From Blasia pusilla (taxonomy: Eukaryota), in the NCBI GenBank assembly GCA_050084515.1, contig CM114271.1, forward strand, positions 12,152,001-12,216,000: DNA of 64,000 nt. The letters run 5' to 3'. The position numbers were made by a program, and so were the translations under genes. This document shows, piece by piece, positions 1 to 13,628 of the stretch (positions are counted from its first letter, which is position 1; each line of letters opens with the position of its first letter). Below the pieces are notes generated by a model. It saw only the letters and a list, made by a program, of their open reading frames with translations. It ran no database searches and was not told the origin of the DNA.

Positions 1-636
1 TATGGCTTGCAGCAAGGACATTGGAGGGATTGGGACCTATATTAGCTATGGTTGGCTATGGGTTATCGCTTCAGTTGGCATGCATCCTTGGCATCTTTTT
101 CATCATACTTTTTACTCTATGGGAGATAGTCCGATTTATGTGCGGCTATTTGACTTGAGATGGCGGAGGTGTTGGATCTTGATGACCCAGATGTGTGGGT
201 ACAAGCATGTTCTTGGAGGGCCGAGATTTTTTGTAGAGTTATGTCCATGGGATTAGAGAACTTAGGTGTTGCTCAACACAAGGATACATTGAGGTACACG
301 ATCATTCATGGAGGAGGTTATCGCCCAAGGATTAGGAGGTTCCCTCCTGGAGATATGTGTATTTATAGTAGGCGTCAACCATGACGTTAGATGTCAATGC
401 AGGGCGCACAATTTTTCATGTGAGCGAGGTGTTATCAACCTGAGTCATCACATTGGAGGGAATGTTATGGTTTGGCAAGATCATGTGCGCAACTATGTGC
501 CACACCATCTTCTCAATGTGGACACGATAGTGGATCTGTGCTGGGCAAGGGTACTTACGGGCTTGAGGTGTATGTTGTGCGGATCTGCGAGGGGTGTTGC
601 CACCATGTTGGTGTGTGATTGTTGTTCTTGAAGGTG
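1..636 (+). mobile_element. 3' fragment (integrase C-terminus, start of PHD finger) of the DNMT-bearing Gypsy-like family
   Basis: ORFs 160-384 and 308-631 (WQDHVRNYVPHHLLNVD...CMLCGSARGVATMLVCDCCS) are clearly homologous to 35240-35650 of the full copy; homology stops at about 636. Confidence 0.85.
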
Positions 637-2463
637 GGCATCACTCTTCAAAAAAACTCAGCCCTCTGAGAACATGCTCGCATCTATATATGAGGGTCAT
701 CAAGGTTCAACACCTCACCAACATCTTGACAAATGGCCGCAGGTAAATATGGCTCTCGGCCATAAAGCAACACGTACGGTGAGAAAGACCCTAAGGATGC
801 CTGCCTACTAAATGTGTATCCCATCACCAACCATGACAACTGAAGGTCCCAATCTCCTAGGTGACCTATCTACAAGCCTTACTTGCACAATCCTCTCTTC
901 ACCGCCTGCACGACCCTCTCCACTAGTTCATCCGCTTGAGGATGATCTCGCGACGTGGTGTGGTGGTCGATCAACGTATGATCACACAAGGCTTGAAACT
1001 CCCCATAAAACTCCGTATCCTGGTCTTTCAACACCTCATCTAGTGCGCCGTAATGACTCAACACTCAATCTAGGAAGGCAAACGCTACTCCCTCACTTCC
1101 TTTGTCAGGCAATGCAACTTGCTCTATCCACTCCGAGAAGTGCTCGACCATCACCAACACATAACAACTATGGCGCTCCGTCAAAGGTAAAGGTCCTGTA
1201 AAATCCAAACTCCATCTATAACCTTAACCCATGATTGGAAGTGGATGCAAGTGTGGAGTTGGAGCATTGAACAATGCTCGGACCCGATCACACACCATGC
1301 ATCTGGCAAAAAATTGATGAACGTCAGTCTACATGCCTCGCCACCAATACTATATCTAGAGAAAGCTATACGTCCGCTTTACTTCAAAATGACCTAACTC
1401 CTCGTGGGCATGACGCACCAAATGTGCTCTCTACAAAGAATGAGGCACTACACATACTCAAAGATCCTCCCAAACTCGCAACACATGTGTCCCCTCCCAC
1501 CGAAATCGTCTGGCTTGCTGTAGGATCTGATCCCACTCTCTAGGATCCACTCTGCTCGCAACACGGCCAATACGTAGGTACTCCAAGACTACTCCATCGT
1601 CGTGAATGTCTCGGCCACCTTTCATCTCCTCACCGGCCTGTGGATCTAAGGACTCTCCATTAGACCTCGCCATCAAAGTCTTAGCAATCATGCTCTCCAT
1701 AGCCAAGAAGCCCAAAAAGGATGACGCGTACCATCTTGGCACGAACCTCCTCATCACTTTTTCCATGCCAATGAGCTTTGGTTGCATCCCGCTAACTCAA
1801 GCATGGGTTACGGCTCAAACCATTTGCATCCTAGTTGAGCGTCCCAGGTCTATGCACCACCTAGAAATCATACTTCATCAACAACAGAGCCCACCTCGCA
1901 AGCTTCCCTGTAAAGTTGTCGGACTCCATCAACCACTTAAGTGGGTGGTGATCAGTAATAATGGTAAAGGGGTTGCTGAATAGATAACACCAGAAATGTG
2001 CAACAGCCAAGCATTCACCCTCATACGAGCTATACTTTGCCTCTGCAATATTAATGTTGTTTGAGCGACTAGCGTAAGCCACCACGAACTCTCTATCCTC
2101 ATCGTCATGCTAGGTGAGCACATCTCCAAGCCCTAAAATGCTCCAATCGGTATGCAATTGGAAAGGACACCCTCTGATTGGTCTCCTCTATATGGGCGCG
2201 GACATCAATCTATCCTTGATGAGCTGAAATGCTCTCCCTCGCTAATCCCCCCAGTGCCACTCTTGATCCACCTTGGTCAGCAAGGTTAGCGGCTTCGCAA
2301 TCGAACTGAAACCCTTGACTTATAGTTGATATAAGTTCACCAAACCCATGAATGCATGAACTCGACTCATATCTGTAGGGCGTGGAATACGTGAAATAGC
2401 CTCTACCTTCGTGTGTTGCATACCAAGGCCACCTGGGTATATGGTATGACCAAGGTACTCAAT
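637..2463 (-). pseudogene. RT end, RNase H and integrase of the minus-strand DNMT-Gypsy copy (3' segment)
   Basis: VAYASRSNN..AEAKYSSYEGECLAV..TDHHPLKWLM..GKLARWALLL (RNase H) and DQDTEFYGEFQALC..DHPQADELVERVVQAVKRGL (rve core); reverse-complement match to 33560-35325. Confidence 0.9.
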
Positions 2464-2538
2464 GAGGAGTGGTAAGGGGAGAGGAAGAGAGGAGAGAGGA
2501 GAGAGGAAACTACCTTCAACCCAAAGAGATACTTTTTT

Positions 2539-4905
2539 TTAAGAGAGTTTTCTGTGATTTGAAGAGAGGAACAGAAATAGTGGATTGAGATCATCCACCT
2601 TCTCCAAGTACATGTTGACATCAATCTTGGGTTGAATACAAAATGCGAAGGTCTCTATAATGCGAACATGCTCTAAACTTCCTCCATCTACGAGTGTGAA
2701 AGCGGCACTTGTAAGATTGTCCACTTTGTCCTGAGTGCAATTTGTACTTGCGGCAATGGGCCAAATCGTGGGGGTATTCCCTCGAGCTCCAATGGCAGCC
2801 GGATAAGACTTTTGGAAAGCGTATGGTTCATTTGGGCAAAAGAAGTACTTCAATTGATCCCCGGTCCTCGTGAAACGATCAAAGGTTTTGAGTCCCCAAA
2901 ATGTAGGCAGTGGTCGTCCAGTCCTTGTAGAGTTCTTATTTAGGAAAGTGTCGCATGCTCTGCTAATGCCATAAGATCCTGCCCTGCAAGTGGATCCACG
3001 TCCAGGGTTGCTCTGAGATATATGCCACCATTTGAGGTTGCAATCCACCTCAATGATCGGAATCCCATACTGTTGATCCACTCCAGCGACCGAATGTTGG
3101 AGACTTCTAGCAACGGAGGGCTTTTGAAATAAAACTTTCACTGATTATGGAGAAGTTACCGCATCACGGATTTGGGAGCAATCCGGGGTCTTCGAATACC
3201 TGGGCGGCATAATTTCTTCATCCAAATCAATCATCGGGTTTGTTCCTCGATGTTGCTTCTTCACTTACCTCAAGTCAAGATACTTATTTGGTCTCCACGA
3301 GTCTCGCTCGGACTGCTCTACCACCATCTGTATGGGACGTCTTGAAACACACCCACGAGTATCCCCACCAATGTGTATATCTTGCTCGAGGGGAGTTCCT
3401 GCTACGCACCAATTGAAGGCTTCCACATAGAGTTTCTCATCACCAGATCTCACAGCCGCCCTCACATAGAGCTCGTAAATCGAAGGCCCCTTTCCTTTTG
3501 TTATGCCTTTTATAAGGAAGATATGGGATGCTGCACACTGTAGCATTGCTCTTGCTTGGTCTTGTTGGCATGCCTCCACAAGTGAAATTCTTTGGCATGC
3601 TTGTGACGACCTCCAGGAGGAATGAACACTTTCTGCTCAACTTGTGTTGGGGAAGAGGGCATTTTCATGAATGTTCAATCCCTACAACGATGGCAATGTG
3701 AGAAGGGAATGAAAATAGCTCTATGAGAAAAGAAAAAAGCTACCTGTCAGAACCAGACGGGTTGCAAGTCGGAGGCATCCCAAGAATGACTCTGTGACCC
3801 TTCGGTTTTTGACGTGTTGCAACACCCAGGAACCATCTACTCCATCCCGTCGGATTCAGACGGGTTGCAAGTAACTTTGGCCACTCTGGGCTGGAAGATC
3901 CAAGTGCAAGTCATCCGAATCCAAAGAATCGCACATGGATTTTCCAGCCTCCGAATTGAAACGGGTTGCAAGTAGGAGACATCCGTGGAATGTCCCAGTT
4001 ATCTTTTACTGCAACCTAGCACCCAGGAACATGCTACTGCAACCCGTTGGAATCAAACGGATTGTGAGAAGCAGGCCGGTCCGGTCTCAAAAATCCTTGT
4101 GCAACCTGTCAGATTCTGTTGGCTTGCAAGAAGTGTCCACACACGAAGCTTTGCAACTACTGGAATGCGACGGGTTACAATGAACTTGAATTGATGCAAC
4201 GTGTCTGGATGCGACTTGGAGACAACCGCAACATATATGAATGCGATGAGTCGCATATAGACGCAACTAGTCGGAATTTGATGGGTTGCAGACCGAGTTA
4301 ACTCGTAGCCTTGCGGCTTGCAACCCATCTGGGTCGAACTATTTAGAGGCCTTGTATACATGCAAATTGCAACATGTCGAGATTCGATAGGTTGCACACT
4401 CATGCAACCAATCGGGTTCCGACGGATTGTACAAACATTCCTTGTACATGATGTCGCACTCTGACGGGTAACACAAACACTCTTGATGCAACCCGTCGGT
4501 TTTTTACGGGTTGCGCACTCAGGAAACCCGTCGCATCCGACAGGTTGCTTGGTTTCTTCGGTTTGAAATCCCTATAGTGCCTACGCTTCTCAACTTGAGC
4601 TGCAACTTTTGAAACAATTCTCAGCATGAGCTCGACAAGACGAAATACTGAACTCACCTACCGCATGAAGTTTCCCCATTGTCTCATTCGTACAGTCCAC
4701 CAAGTGAGCCACGAGCAAAACTCTTTGTACTTCCCCTCAATTGCATGCTTCCTCCACCACCCATGAAGTTCTTCTTGGCACTCCATGGCCTGTTTCAAGG
4801 TTTTGTTGTCCTTGCAGCGTTGGAATAGAGTGAGATGCTCTGTTCTCTTATTCTCCTTGACCTAAGATTTGGTGTACCGGATCAGAGATTGTTGCCAATG
4901 GAAAG
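2539..4905 (-). pseudogene. MULE-type DDE transposase, 3' half (exons 4905-4658 and 3681-2539; intron 4657-3682)
   Basis: Manual translation gives FHWQQSLIRY (tail of the CxxH motif, cut by the LTR at 4906)...WLTWW..RMRQWGNFMR, a phase-0 GTGAG..TTGTAG intron, then PNTS*AESVHSSW (catalytic-Glu motif). Several in-frame stops. Confidence 0.75.
3740..4550. repeat. Array of degenerate palindromes TGCAACCCGTCGGAnTCCGACGGGTTGCA in the transposase intron
   Basis: More than a dozen copies by eye, e.g. near 3844, 4039, 4263, 4368, 4487. Confidence 0.9.
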
Positions 4906-5910
4906 TGTAATGTACAAGAGTTTCAATTTTATAGTCGTTTATTGAGTTCGATCCCCAAGTGGATCATTGTTTGATGAAAAGAGAGTTCGAAATTACAATT
5001 CTGTTGTAATAGTTGTATTTAAATATGTATGATTTATATTCAATGTTTTATCAATATATTCAGATCTTTCTTAGTACCAAGGTTTCTTTTCTCAATTCTC
5101 TCTAGTGGAGTTGACAGCATGCTCAGGTAGATTTCCTCTCGATATCAAGAAACCTCTCAGAGACCTCAACATGAAAGCTGGCTTCTGCTACTTTTGGAAC
5201 TCAATCCGTCTCGGCAGGTACTCTCTGTCAAACAGATTTCCTACAACTCTATGTTGATTATTCCATTGATGAGATAGGTTCGCCTCATTCACTCTTCACT
5301 CTGCAGACCCAAAAAGAATACTCAGACATAAGCATCGCACATCACAATAAATGAATGATTGCTTTACTACTCCATCAAGAATGAGAAAGCTTCAAAAGTG
5401 TATACAAGCTCGAGAGGGTACTACTCCCTTGCCCGGACCATTCCTACAGCATAAGGACTTCGTAAGAGAATGATGATGATAGCTACTTCTATGCTTCTTA
5501 AATACTCTCTGAAGTAGGAGTGATCCAAAGATTCGAAGCGTTCTTGATGAAGTTGGTGTCTCTTCAACATTTGTAACTACCTAGATCTATGGTGCTCTTT
5601 TCTTTTCCTACTATCCCTATGAATCCGCAGAACAAAATTGTCTTAACTACCTATCTGATACAAAGAGTTGCATCTTTTCCTATTCTAACTGTTCTAACTA
5701 TGTGTCGCTTGAAATCATTGTCAATCTTAGCTTCGCTGCTAATTCTGGACCCCTTTTGCTTCGCTTGAGGACAAAGCTCTTTCTCCTAATCTGAAGACAA
5801 AGCGCTCCATTCTTTGTTCTTGTTCCAGGTGCTTCGTTCTTCGTGCTTCGTTCAAGAGCGAAGTACTTCTTTCTCTTCTTCACCATGCTTTGTCATGCTT
5901 TGTCATGCTT
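4906..5910 (-). mobile_element. Truncated LTR of family A (inverted), inserted in the MULE transposase
   Basis: Reverse complement of LTR 5911-7130, starting from its ...TACATTACA end; about 270 bp of the LTR 5' part is missing. Confidence 0.9.
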
Positions 5911-7130
5911 TGTGATACCCACAATTTTGTACTCCTGAAGAATATATCTTTTTATTCAAGGAAGACTCTTATATATTATGATTTTGATTAAGATTATTTA
6001 TTATTATGAAGAAGAATGAGTGAATCATGAAGCTCTCGGGACAAGGCAGAGAGATGGAAGATCAAGGATTTGCCTTAGAGGAGAGGAAAACGCAATAACG
6101 AAGTCTCCAGACTCAGAACGAAGCTTAACGAAGCTCAACAAAGATGTACGAAGCTCTGTCTTTGAAGTACTTCGCTACATAACGAAGCATCACGAAAGAA
6201 AAGAAGAAAGACGTACTTTGCTCTTGTACGAAGCATGAAGCACCGGAAATAAGAACGAAGCATGGAGTACTTCGTCCTCATGAAGTCCAGCGAAGCGAAG
6301 CTAAGCTAAGAAGGACTGTGATTTCAAGCGACACATGTAAGAACAGTTAAACTAGGAAAGGGCGCGACCCTTTGTATTTAATTGGTAGTTAGAACAATTT
6401 TGTACCGCGGATTCACACGGATCGTAGGAAAAGCTAAGGGAACCATAAATCTAGGTAGTTAGAAATAGTGAAGAGCCACTAGCTTCATCAAGAACGTTTC
6501 GAATCTTGGGATCCCTTCCACTCCAGGGAATATTTAAGAAGCAAGGCAGAAGCCATAATCATCATTCTCTTACGAAGTCCTTATGTTGTAGGAATGGTCC
6601 GAGCAAGAGAGTAGTACCCTCTCGAGCTTGTATACACTTTGAAGCTTTCTCGTTCTTGATGGAGTAGTAAAGCAATCATTCATTCATTCTGATGTGCGAT
6701 GCTTATGTATGAGTATTCTTTTTGGGTCTGCAAAATGAGGAATGAATCAGGCGAACCTTTCTCATCAATGAAATAATCAACATGAGTTGTAGGAAATCTG
6801 TTTGACAAAGAGTAACCTGCCGAGACGGATTGAGTTCCGAAAGTAGGAGAAGTCAGCTTTTGTGTTGAGGTCTCTGTGAGGTTTCCTGATGTCGAGAGGA
6901 AAATCTACCTGAACATGCTGTCAATTCCACTAGAGAGAATCGAGAAAAGATCCTTTGGTACTAAGAAAGATCAGAAGATATTGATAAGACATTGAATATA
7001 ACTCATACACAGTTAAATACAATTATTACAACAAAATTGTAATTCCGAACTCTCTTTTCATCAAACAATGATCCTCTTGGGGATCGAACTTATTAAAACG
7101 ACTGTAAACTAGAAACACTTGTACATTACA
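5911..7130 (+). repeat. 5' LTR, family A
   Basis: TGTGATACCC...GTACATTACA; ends confirmed by the TSD-flanked solo LTR at 61820-63026. Confidence 0.95.
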
Positions 7131-7147
7131 TATACAAAGAAACTTTT

Positions 7148-7165
7148 TGGCGCCGCTGCTGGGGA
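7148..7165 (+). promoter_or_regulatory. Primer-binding site (tRNA-Asp/Athila-type)
   Basis: TGGCGCCGCTGCTGGGGA resembles the Athila PBS TGGCGCCGTTGCCGGGGA. Confidence 0.75.
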
Positions 7166-7560
7166 TCATATTCTTTGCTGAAAAGGGAGAGAGATACATG
7201 GGGAATCCGGGAGCGAGGAAAGAAGCCTCGTCTCATGGAAAACCCAACCAGCTTGTTCTTACTGAAGACCATCTGATATCTCTAGCTATTCCCCTCAGAC
7301 AATGGACGAAAGAAGATAACAACAGATTTGCTGCATTGGTGCTAGAAAAGATAGAACAATTAAGAAGCCTTGTCAATAAACCAGTCGCCAAACGGTGCTC
7401 CGCCCATGAACGTCAGTTGTACTTGGTGATGACCCGGTACTTCTGTTTATGGGAGGAAAACCTGGCAGGAAGATTAAGAGCACCTGACACACTTCTGTAG
7501 GCTTAGGAAGTAGAAACCTTTAAATTCCCTCCATGGATCCCTCCCTTTTTGTGATCGTGG

Positions 7561-9240
7561 GTGCGGAAGCAAGTTCCCGGATCCCAGAAGGGGCTCATGG
7601 AAGGCTCCCGGCCCTCTTCGCGAGATCAGCGAGCCGACCGACGGAGTAAGCAACAAGAAGATCACCCGGCTTGGAGACCTCCTGGGCTGTCTCCCGGTCT
7701 TCGTCTTTGCACGAAGCCCAAGAGCAAGAAGAGAGACATGAATAAACTCTCCACTACGTCCCCTGCCAGTTTGCAGTCGGACGAAGAGTCAACTTGGGAC
7801 CCCTTTGGAGAGTCAGGGGACGCGGGGTCAACCCAATCAACTAGAGCGGAGCCGCTACCTCCTCTCTCCCGAGCCTCAAGCCCGGGACCCAGCAGCAGAC
7901 CATTCCCCATGGCCAATACTAGGAAGACATTTGCTAAGGTACCCCACCTTTGCTGGGGGACGGCGAGATGATGTGGACAACTTTGTGCTGGAATTTACCC
8001 ATGTAGCCAAGGCAAATGGGGAAGGCTCAGAGGAGGACTTGTTGCGAGTCTTTCCTGGCCTACTGAAGAAGCGAGCAAGCCAGTGGTATGAGGGTCTCAG
8101 AGCAGACGTCACGGAAACATGGAAAAGGGTATTGGAGTCCTTCCTACATGAGTTCCGCGACCTGGAGTTCGAGGATAGACTTCTTACGAAGCTTCGCGAC
8201 CTGAAACGAAAAAAGAAGGAAACTCTCTGGGGGTACACACAAAGGTTTCACAGCCTGGTGAATAAATTGGAACACACCACTACCTCGCAACTAGTAGATT
8301 GGTTCCTGTGAGGACTGTCCAAGGAAATGGACCGGTACTGCCGGCGAGGCCAACGAGATTCCGTCGAAGCAGTCATAGCCTCTGTAGAGGCTTACGAAGC
8401 CTCAGAGAAGTCCCGTAAAACACGAAGACGGCGTCACCAACACCGAGGTTCGTCGCAAACTAGTGCTTCGTCGGAAGACGAAGCGTCCTCCATAGACACG
8501 GAATCCTCTATGGGGGATACTTCGGAGTCCTCAGACTCGAAAAAGATGTAAAATCTAAACGGAAAGGAAAAAGCACGCGCCACCACTCTCCCAAGCACCG
8601 AAGGAAAACCCGACCCACAAAGCACCTTCCCCAGCGGTCGGAAAGTCCAGTAAGGGGGACAGTAAAGAAGGCCGGTAAGTCGGCCATGGAAGAGTTAAGT
8701 AAGCAAATGGCAGAATTAAAGGTACATCTGGCGGCCCAGAAGGACCCCAGAAGACGGCCAGGTCTGATGAGGCCCAACATCTGGTGCAGTACTTGCGGAT
8801 CCCAAGGGCATACTGCCCAGGAATGCCACATGCAGAGGGATGTACGTTGGATCCAGGAAGATCCCACTATAGAAGAAGGGTGGTATGAACCCGAACAGTG
8901 GAAAGGGTGCTATGCCATCCAAGCTGTGCCACCACCAAATTCCGGACGAAGTTGGATCACCCGATATGTGCCTCCGGAATACGGGGAATAGAGACCCCTG
9001 AGACAGATTATGGGCGCGGCAGCCTTCACGCCACCCATAAAAAGGAATTGTTGTTATAATTGGGGTGCGACTGACCATTGGGCCAATAATTGCCCAAACC
9101 CAAAGCGGCCAGTAGGACTCAATCCCTTGTGCGGAAATTGCAAGAAAGGCGGGCACACTATAGTGGAATTCCCGGAGCCCAAGGTTCCGCGGTTGTTGGT
9201 AAAATATGTCAACACCCCAACAGGCCAACTAGCCAACTAG
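7561..9240 (+). pseudogene. gag: Gag with zinc knuckles
   Basis: Retrotrans-gag-like PTFAG..DVDNFVLEF..ASQWYEGL..TWKRVLESFLHEF; knuckles CSTCGSQGHTAQEC, CYNWGATDHWANNC, CGNCKKGGH; stops and frameshifts. Confidence 0.85.
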
Positions 9241-12200
9241 AGTCCAAGAATGACGTAAATGTGCAACTCGTCCGAGTGGAAGAGTTAGGGTCCCCCACGC
9301 GAAAGCGAGTCACTATCAGAGAGGAAGACTCGAACAGAGCGGACGCCGGAGAATCATCAAACTGGCCCAAAGAGTTCCAAGAAACCGTTCTGGCTGTCAC
9401 CACGAGGTCCAAGAGTCAGACCGCGGGGAACCCCAAGGCAAGGAAAGGTGCTTCGTCTTCGCGCAAAGCTCAGGACCCCAAGGCGAAAGGTGTTGACGCC
9501 TTCCGCGCCAGGAAGGCCATCCTAAAAGGCGATGTGGACCCGGCCTTTGATCGAAGTCACCCTAAGTACTTCCATCAGGATATCGAGGACCAGGTTCGGG
9601 CTCAAGTGCGTCAGGACCAGGGACCAGCAGGGAGGAAGACCCCAGAGCTGATGAGAACCCGAATGACTCCGGCAGTGCAAGCCATCGCGACGTCACCGCT
9701 GGTCTTAGAAGCCTACGACCTACTCAGGGACTTGGCGTCAACCCCGGCCAATATAACCTTGTTGCAATTATTAATGGAGAACCCGGTGTACGGCAAAATT
9801 TTGCAGCAGTGGAAGATAAGCGGTAAAAAACCCAAGAAGTCTGCAAAGCATCTACCAGTAGTGGATCTGTTCCGTATTGAAGTGGAAGACTTGGGAGCAC
9901 TAGAGGTAGAGGTGGAGATTGAGGGGCACACCATTAAGAAGGTGCCCATTGACTCAGGAAGCGGAATTAACATTATGACAAAACAGACAACTCGGGCACT
10001 AGGATATACGAAGTACGAGCCCACCGAGAAGTATCTACGGTTTGCGGATCTGTCCCGGAAGCGACCCCTCGGACAGCTCACTCAGATCCCGACCATGCTC
10101 GGGGGGGTGCTATTTCTGTTGGACTACTTAGTCTTGCAGCCCCTGACAACCACGGGCTATCCCTTGCTCATTGGACGACCCTGGCTGTATGGTGCGCGAG
10201 TGACGACGGATTGGAGGAGGCGACGTTTCACGTTCCAGGCTCCGGACCAGGTCTCCAAGCGGCTCATCAAGTTTTCGTGGAAATCACGACCACCCCAAGG
10301 AGAAACGCCACCGACCGACGAGGGCTATACATCAGATCAAGAGCAAACTACAGCAACTGAGTCCTCGTCCAATGTGTATTATTTAGAATGTTACAAAATA
10401 GACGAAGAGTCGATACCTAGCAAACCGATGTCGACCCGAGAAGAAGAGAAGCAAGGTCATAGCACATTCCAGTTTACAGAGAGTATGGTTCAAGAAAAGG
10501 ACTACATCCAAGTCTTAGTTGCAGATCAGAAGTCTCTACGCCTCTCGGCGGATCTGTCTCCCACCGAACTCCTGAAGTATAAAAGATTATTATTTGAGTA
10601 TTTGGATGTGTTTGCATACTCCATGGATGAAATGAGAGGCATTCGAGCACGGTATGGTGAACATAGAATTGACCTAAAAGAAGGTGCGGTACCTGTACGA
10701 ATGAGGCAGTATCGCCTCAACTCGAAACACTCGTTGCTAGTCAAGGACGAGATTGACCAACGTCTCGGAGCAGGAATAATTTATCCGGTGTTAAATAGCA
10801 AGTGGGTGTCTCCCATTGTGATTGTACCCAAAAAATAGACGGGAAAAATTAGAGTGTGCCAGGATTACCGGAAATTGAATGCGGCCACTTTAAAGGACCA
10901 TCACCCCCTACCTTTCACTAACAGTATTTTGGATAAATTTGCCGGCCACGAGCGTTATACTTTTTTGGATGGATACTCGGGTTATAACCAAGTATCCATA
11001 CGAGAAAAAGATCGGCCCCTCACCACTTTCACCACGGACTGGGGAACTTTCGCGTATCGCGTGATGCCCTTTGGGTTGTGCAATGCCCCAACTACCTTCC
11101 AACGAATGATGATCTCCATCTTCCAAGAGTATCTGCGGAAGTTTGTTGAAATTTTCTTGGACGATTTTTGTATCTTCAATACAGAAGCCCAACACTTGGC
11201 GAAATTAGAATTAACCCTCGCTCGTTGTCGTGAAGTTCACTTGTCCCTCCATCCGGAAAAATCGTATATTGCTATGAAACAAGGGATCTTGTTGGGACAC
11301 AGAGTGTCGGCTCAAGGAATTGAAGTCGACAAGGCTAAGGTGGATATTATCGTTGCATTGGAACCACCCACCAATCTCCGAGAATTGAGAGGATTCTTGA
11401 GACACTTCGGATACCATCGACGGTTTATTAAAGATTATGCGGTAAAAGCAGGAGCTCTTACTGCATTACTTAAAAAATCTACCGAATGGGAGTGGACTCC
11501 ACCTTGCCAAGCGACATTTGACACTTTAAAGAGGGCATTGCAAATAGCTCCTATACTCCGGTCCCCTGATTGGACCAAACCCTTCCACGTGTATGTGGAC
11601 ACATCCTCGTTTGCCATTGGAGTGGTGCTCAGCCAACAAGATGACAATAAACATGACTTTCCAATTTACTACGCCGGACGGCAACTCTCTTCGGCGGAAC
11701 AAAAATATACAACCACCGAACAAGAAGCACTAGGCATGGTCTTCTCGTGTAAAAAGTTTCGACACTATTTATTAGGTTACGAATTTGTCTTCCACGTCGA
11801 CCATTTCGCGCTCAGACCATTAATGGTGAAGGCAGACTTGTCCGGTCGCATTGCGCGATGGATCCTTCTGCTCCAAGAATTCATATTCGATGTGGTTACC
11901 CGTGCCGGCAAGGTGCATACCAATGCCGATTTTCTTTCCAGGTTGAGGATGACGAACGCGGACCTCACACAATCCGTTGATGATACCTTTCCCGACGAAG
12001 ACCTGTTCTAGATTACGGCGGACCGGTTGTGCCAATTCTTTTATGAGGATATTTTGCGTTTTTTAATTACTCTGCGACTTCCTGGTCCTATGACAGCAGA
12101 GGAACACGCTATTTTCTTACATAAGATAGGACCATATGAGATATGTCAGGGGATCCTATTCAAATTAGGTGCGGATGAAGAGTATCGATGATGCTTGGAA

Positions 12201-13310
12201 GCAGAAGAAATCCCCCAAGTCATCAGAGCCATGCGTACGGCTGATTTTGGTGGACATTATGCGATAAAAAATACCGTCAAGAAAATCTTGGCCGCACGTT
12301 ATTGGTGGCCAACTATGTACAAAGATGTAGGTCACTTTATCCAGAGTTGTGATGCCTGTCAAAGAGCAGGTTGACCCACGGCAACCTCGCGGTGGCCTTT
12401 GGTACCTATCATGCCCCTAGCTCCTTTTGAAAAATGGGGTATTGACTTTGTAGGCCCTATCTCCCCCGCTACTCGCCAAACACCGCGGAAGTATATTCTC
12501 ATAGCCACCGACTATTGTACTAAGATGGTCAAGGCGGTGGCCACGCGAAAAGATGACAGCGAAGCAGTGGCCAAATTTTTATACGAGATGATTATCACTC
12601 GTTATGGCTGCCCATTGGAATTAGTCAGTGATCGAGGCACTCACTTCTTAAACAAGACTATTTAGACTCTCACTTCCCACTTTCTTATTAAACATCAGAA
12701 AACCACGCCCTACAACCCTAAAGCCAACGGGTTGACAGAAAAATCTAACGGCCTGATCTGCCGGATATTGAATCGATTGACTGTCACGTATTCCTATGAT
12801 TGGGACATGAAAATTTCCGCGGCATTGTGAGCATACCGAACAACTGAGAAGGTTACTACAAAGTATACCCCATTCTTCCTGACTTATGGCGTTCATCCCT
12901 TAACCCCTATTGAATGGGCTTTGCCCACTTATCGAGTATTGGAAGGAACGAGAATGGAGGCCGTCGGCGAAGTTTTCCAAGTAAGGAATGAGACCTTAGT
13001 TGCGTTGGAAGAAGCACGCATGTTAGCGTTACGCCAGACGGAACAGGCGCAAAAAGAACGCAAACAACGTTACGATTGACATCTCCGGCCATAATCTATA
13101 AGCGTTGGAGACTTGGTGTTGTTGTACGATAATCGGCGGCTCAAGTTCCCCGGAAAATTAAAATTAAATTGGATGGGGCCCTATCGGGTATTGGCCATCT
13201 ATGATAACGGATCACTCCATTTGGGGACCTTACAAGGAGAATCCCTGCCCACGCGGGTCAATGGAATGCATGTGCGTCGGTATTACGAGCCTCAACCTTA
13301 TGCGGACTGA
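9241..13310 (+). pseudogene. pol: Pol: protease, RT, RNase H, integrase
   Basis: IDSGSGINIM (protease), CQDYRKLN..FLDGYSGYNQ..MPFGLCNAP..FLDD (RT), YVDTSSFAIGVVLSQ (RNase H), WGIDFVGP..SDRGTHF (integrase), GKLKLNWMGPY (GPY/F). Confidence 0.95.
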
Positions 13311-13628
13311 AACAGGAGGAAGGGGGTAAGCGAATGCCTCTAGCTTTGTAGAAGTGCAAAGCAGCAAAGTGCGAAGTGCAAAGCACGAAGCGCAAAGCAG
13401 GAGTGCAGGGAGCTTTGCAAAGTAGCGAGGCGCGAGAGTTCTTGAGCTTGGCAAAGCAGCGAAGTGCCAAACTAACGGTTGCAGTTCTAGCGCCAACAAC
13501 AACAATCGAAAAATGGGGGGACTATATAAGCGTCCTTATGGAACCAGACGGGTCTTTTCATGGACAGGGTAAACACAAAATTGCGGAGCAGACCAAAGCG
13601 CGGCGTCCACCGAGCGCGATGAACAAGC

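Noticed and set aside
3740-4550. CRISPR-like array of palindromic repeats
   Set aside because: Repeats are degenerate, irregularly spaced and intronic, in eukaryotic TE DNA with no cas genes.
6020-6238. Recurrent ORF MNHEA..GTRQRDGRSR (also 15631, 37024)
   Set aside because: It lies within the LTR and recurs only because the LTR does; no coding evidence.
9090-9240. Apparent programmed -1 frameshift between gag and pol
   Set aside because: An 8-nt tandem duplication (CCAACTAG x2, 9225-9240) explains the shift; removing it fuses gag and pol in one frame.
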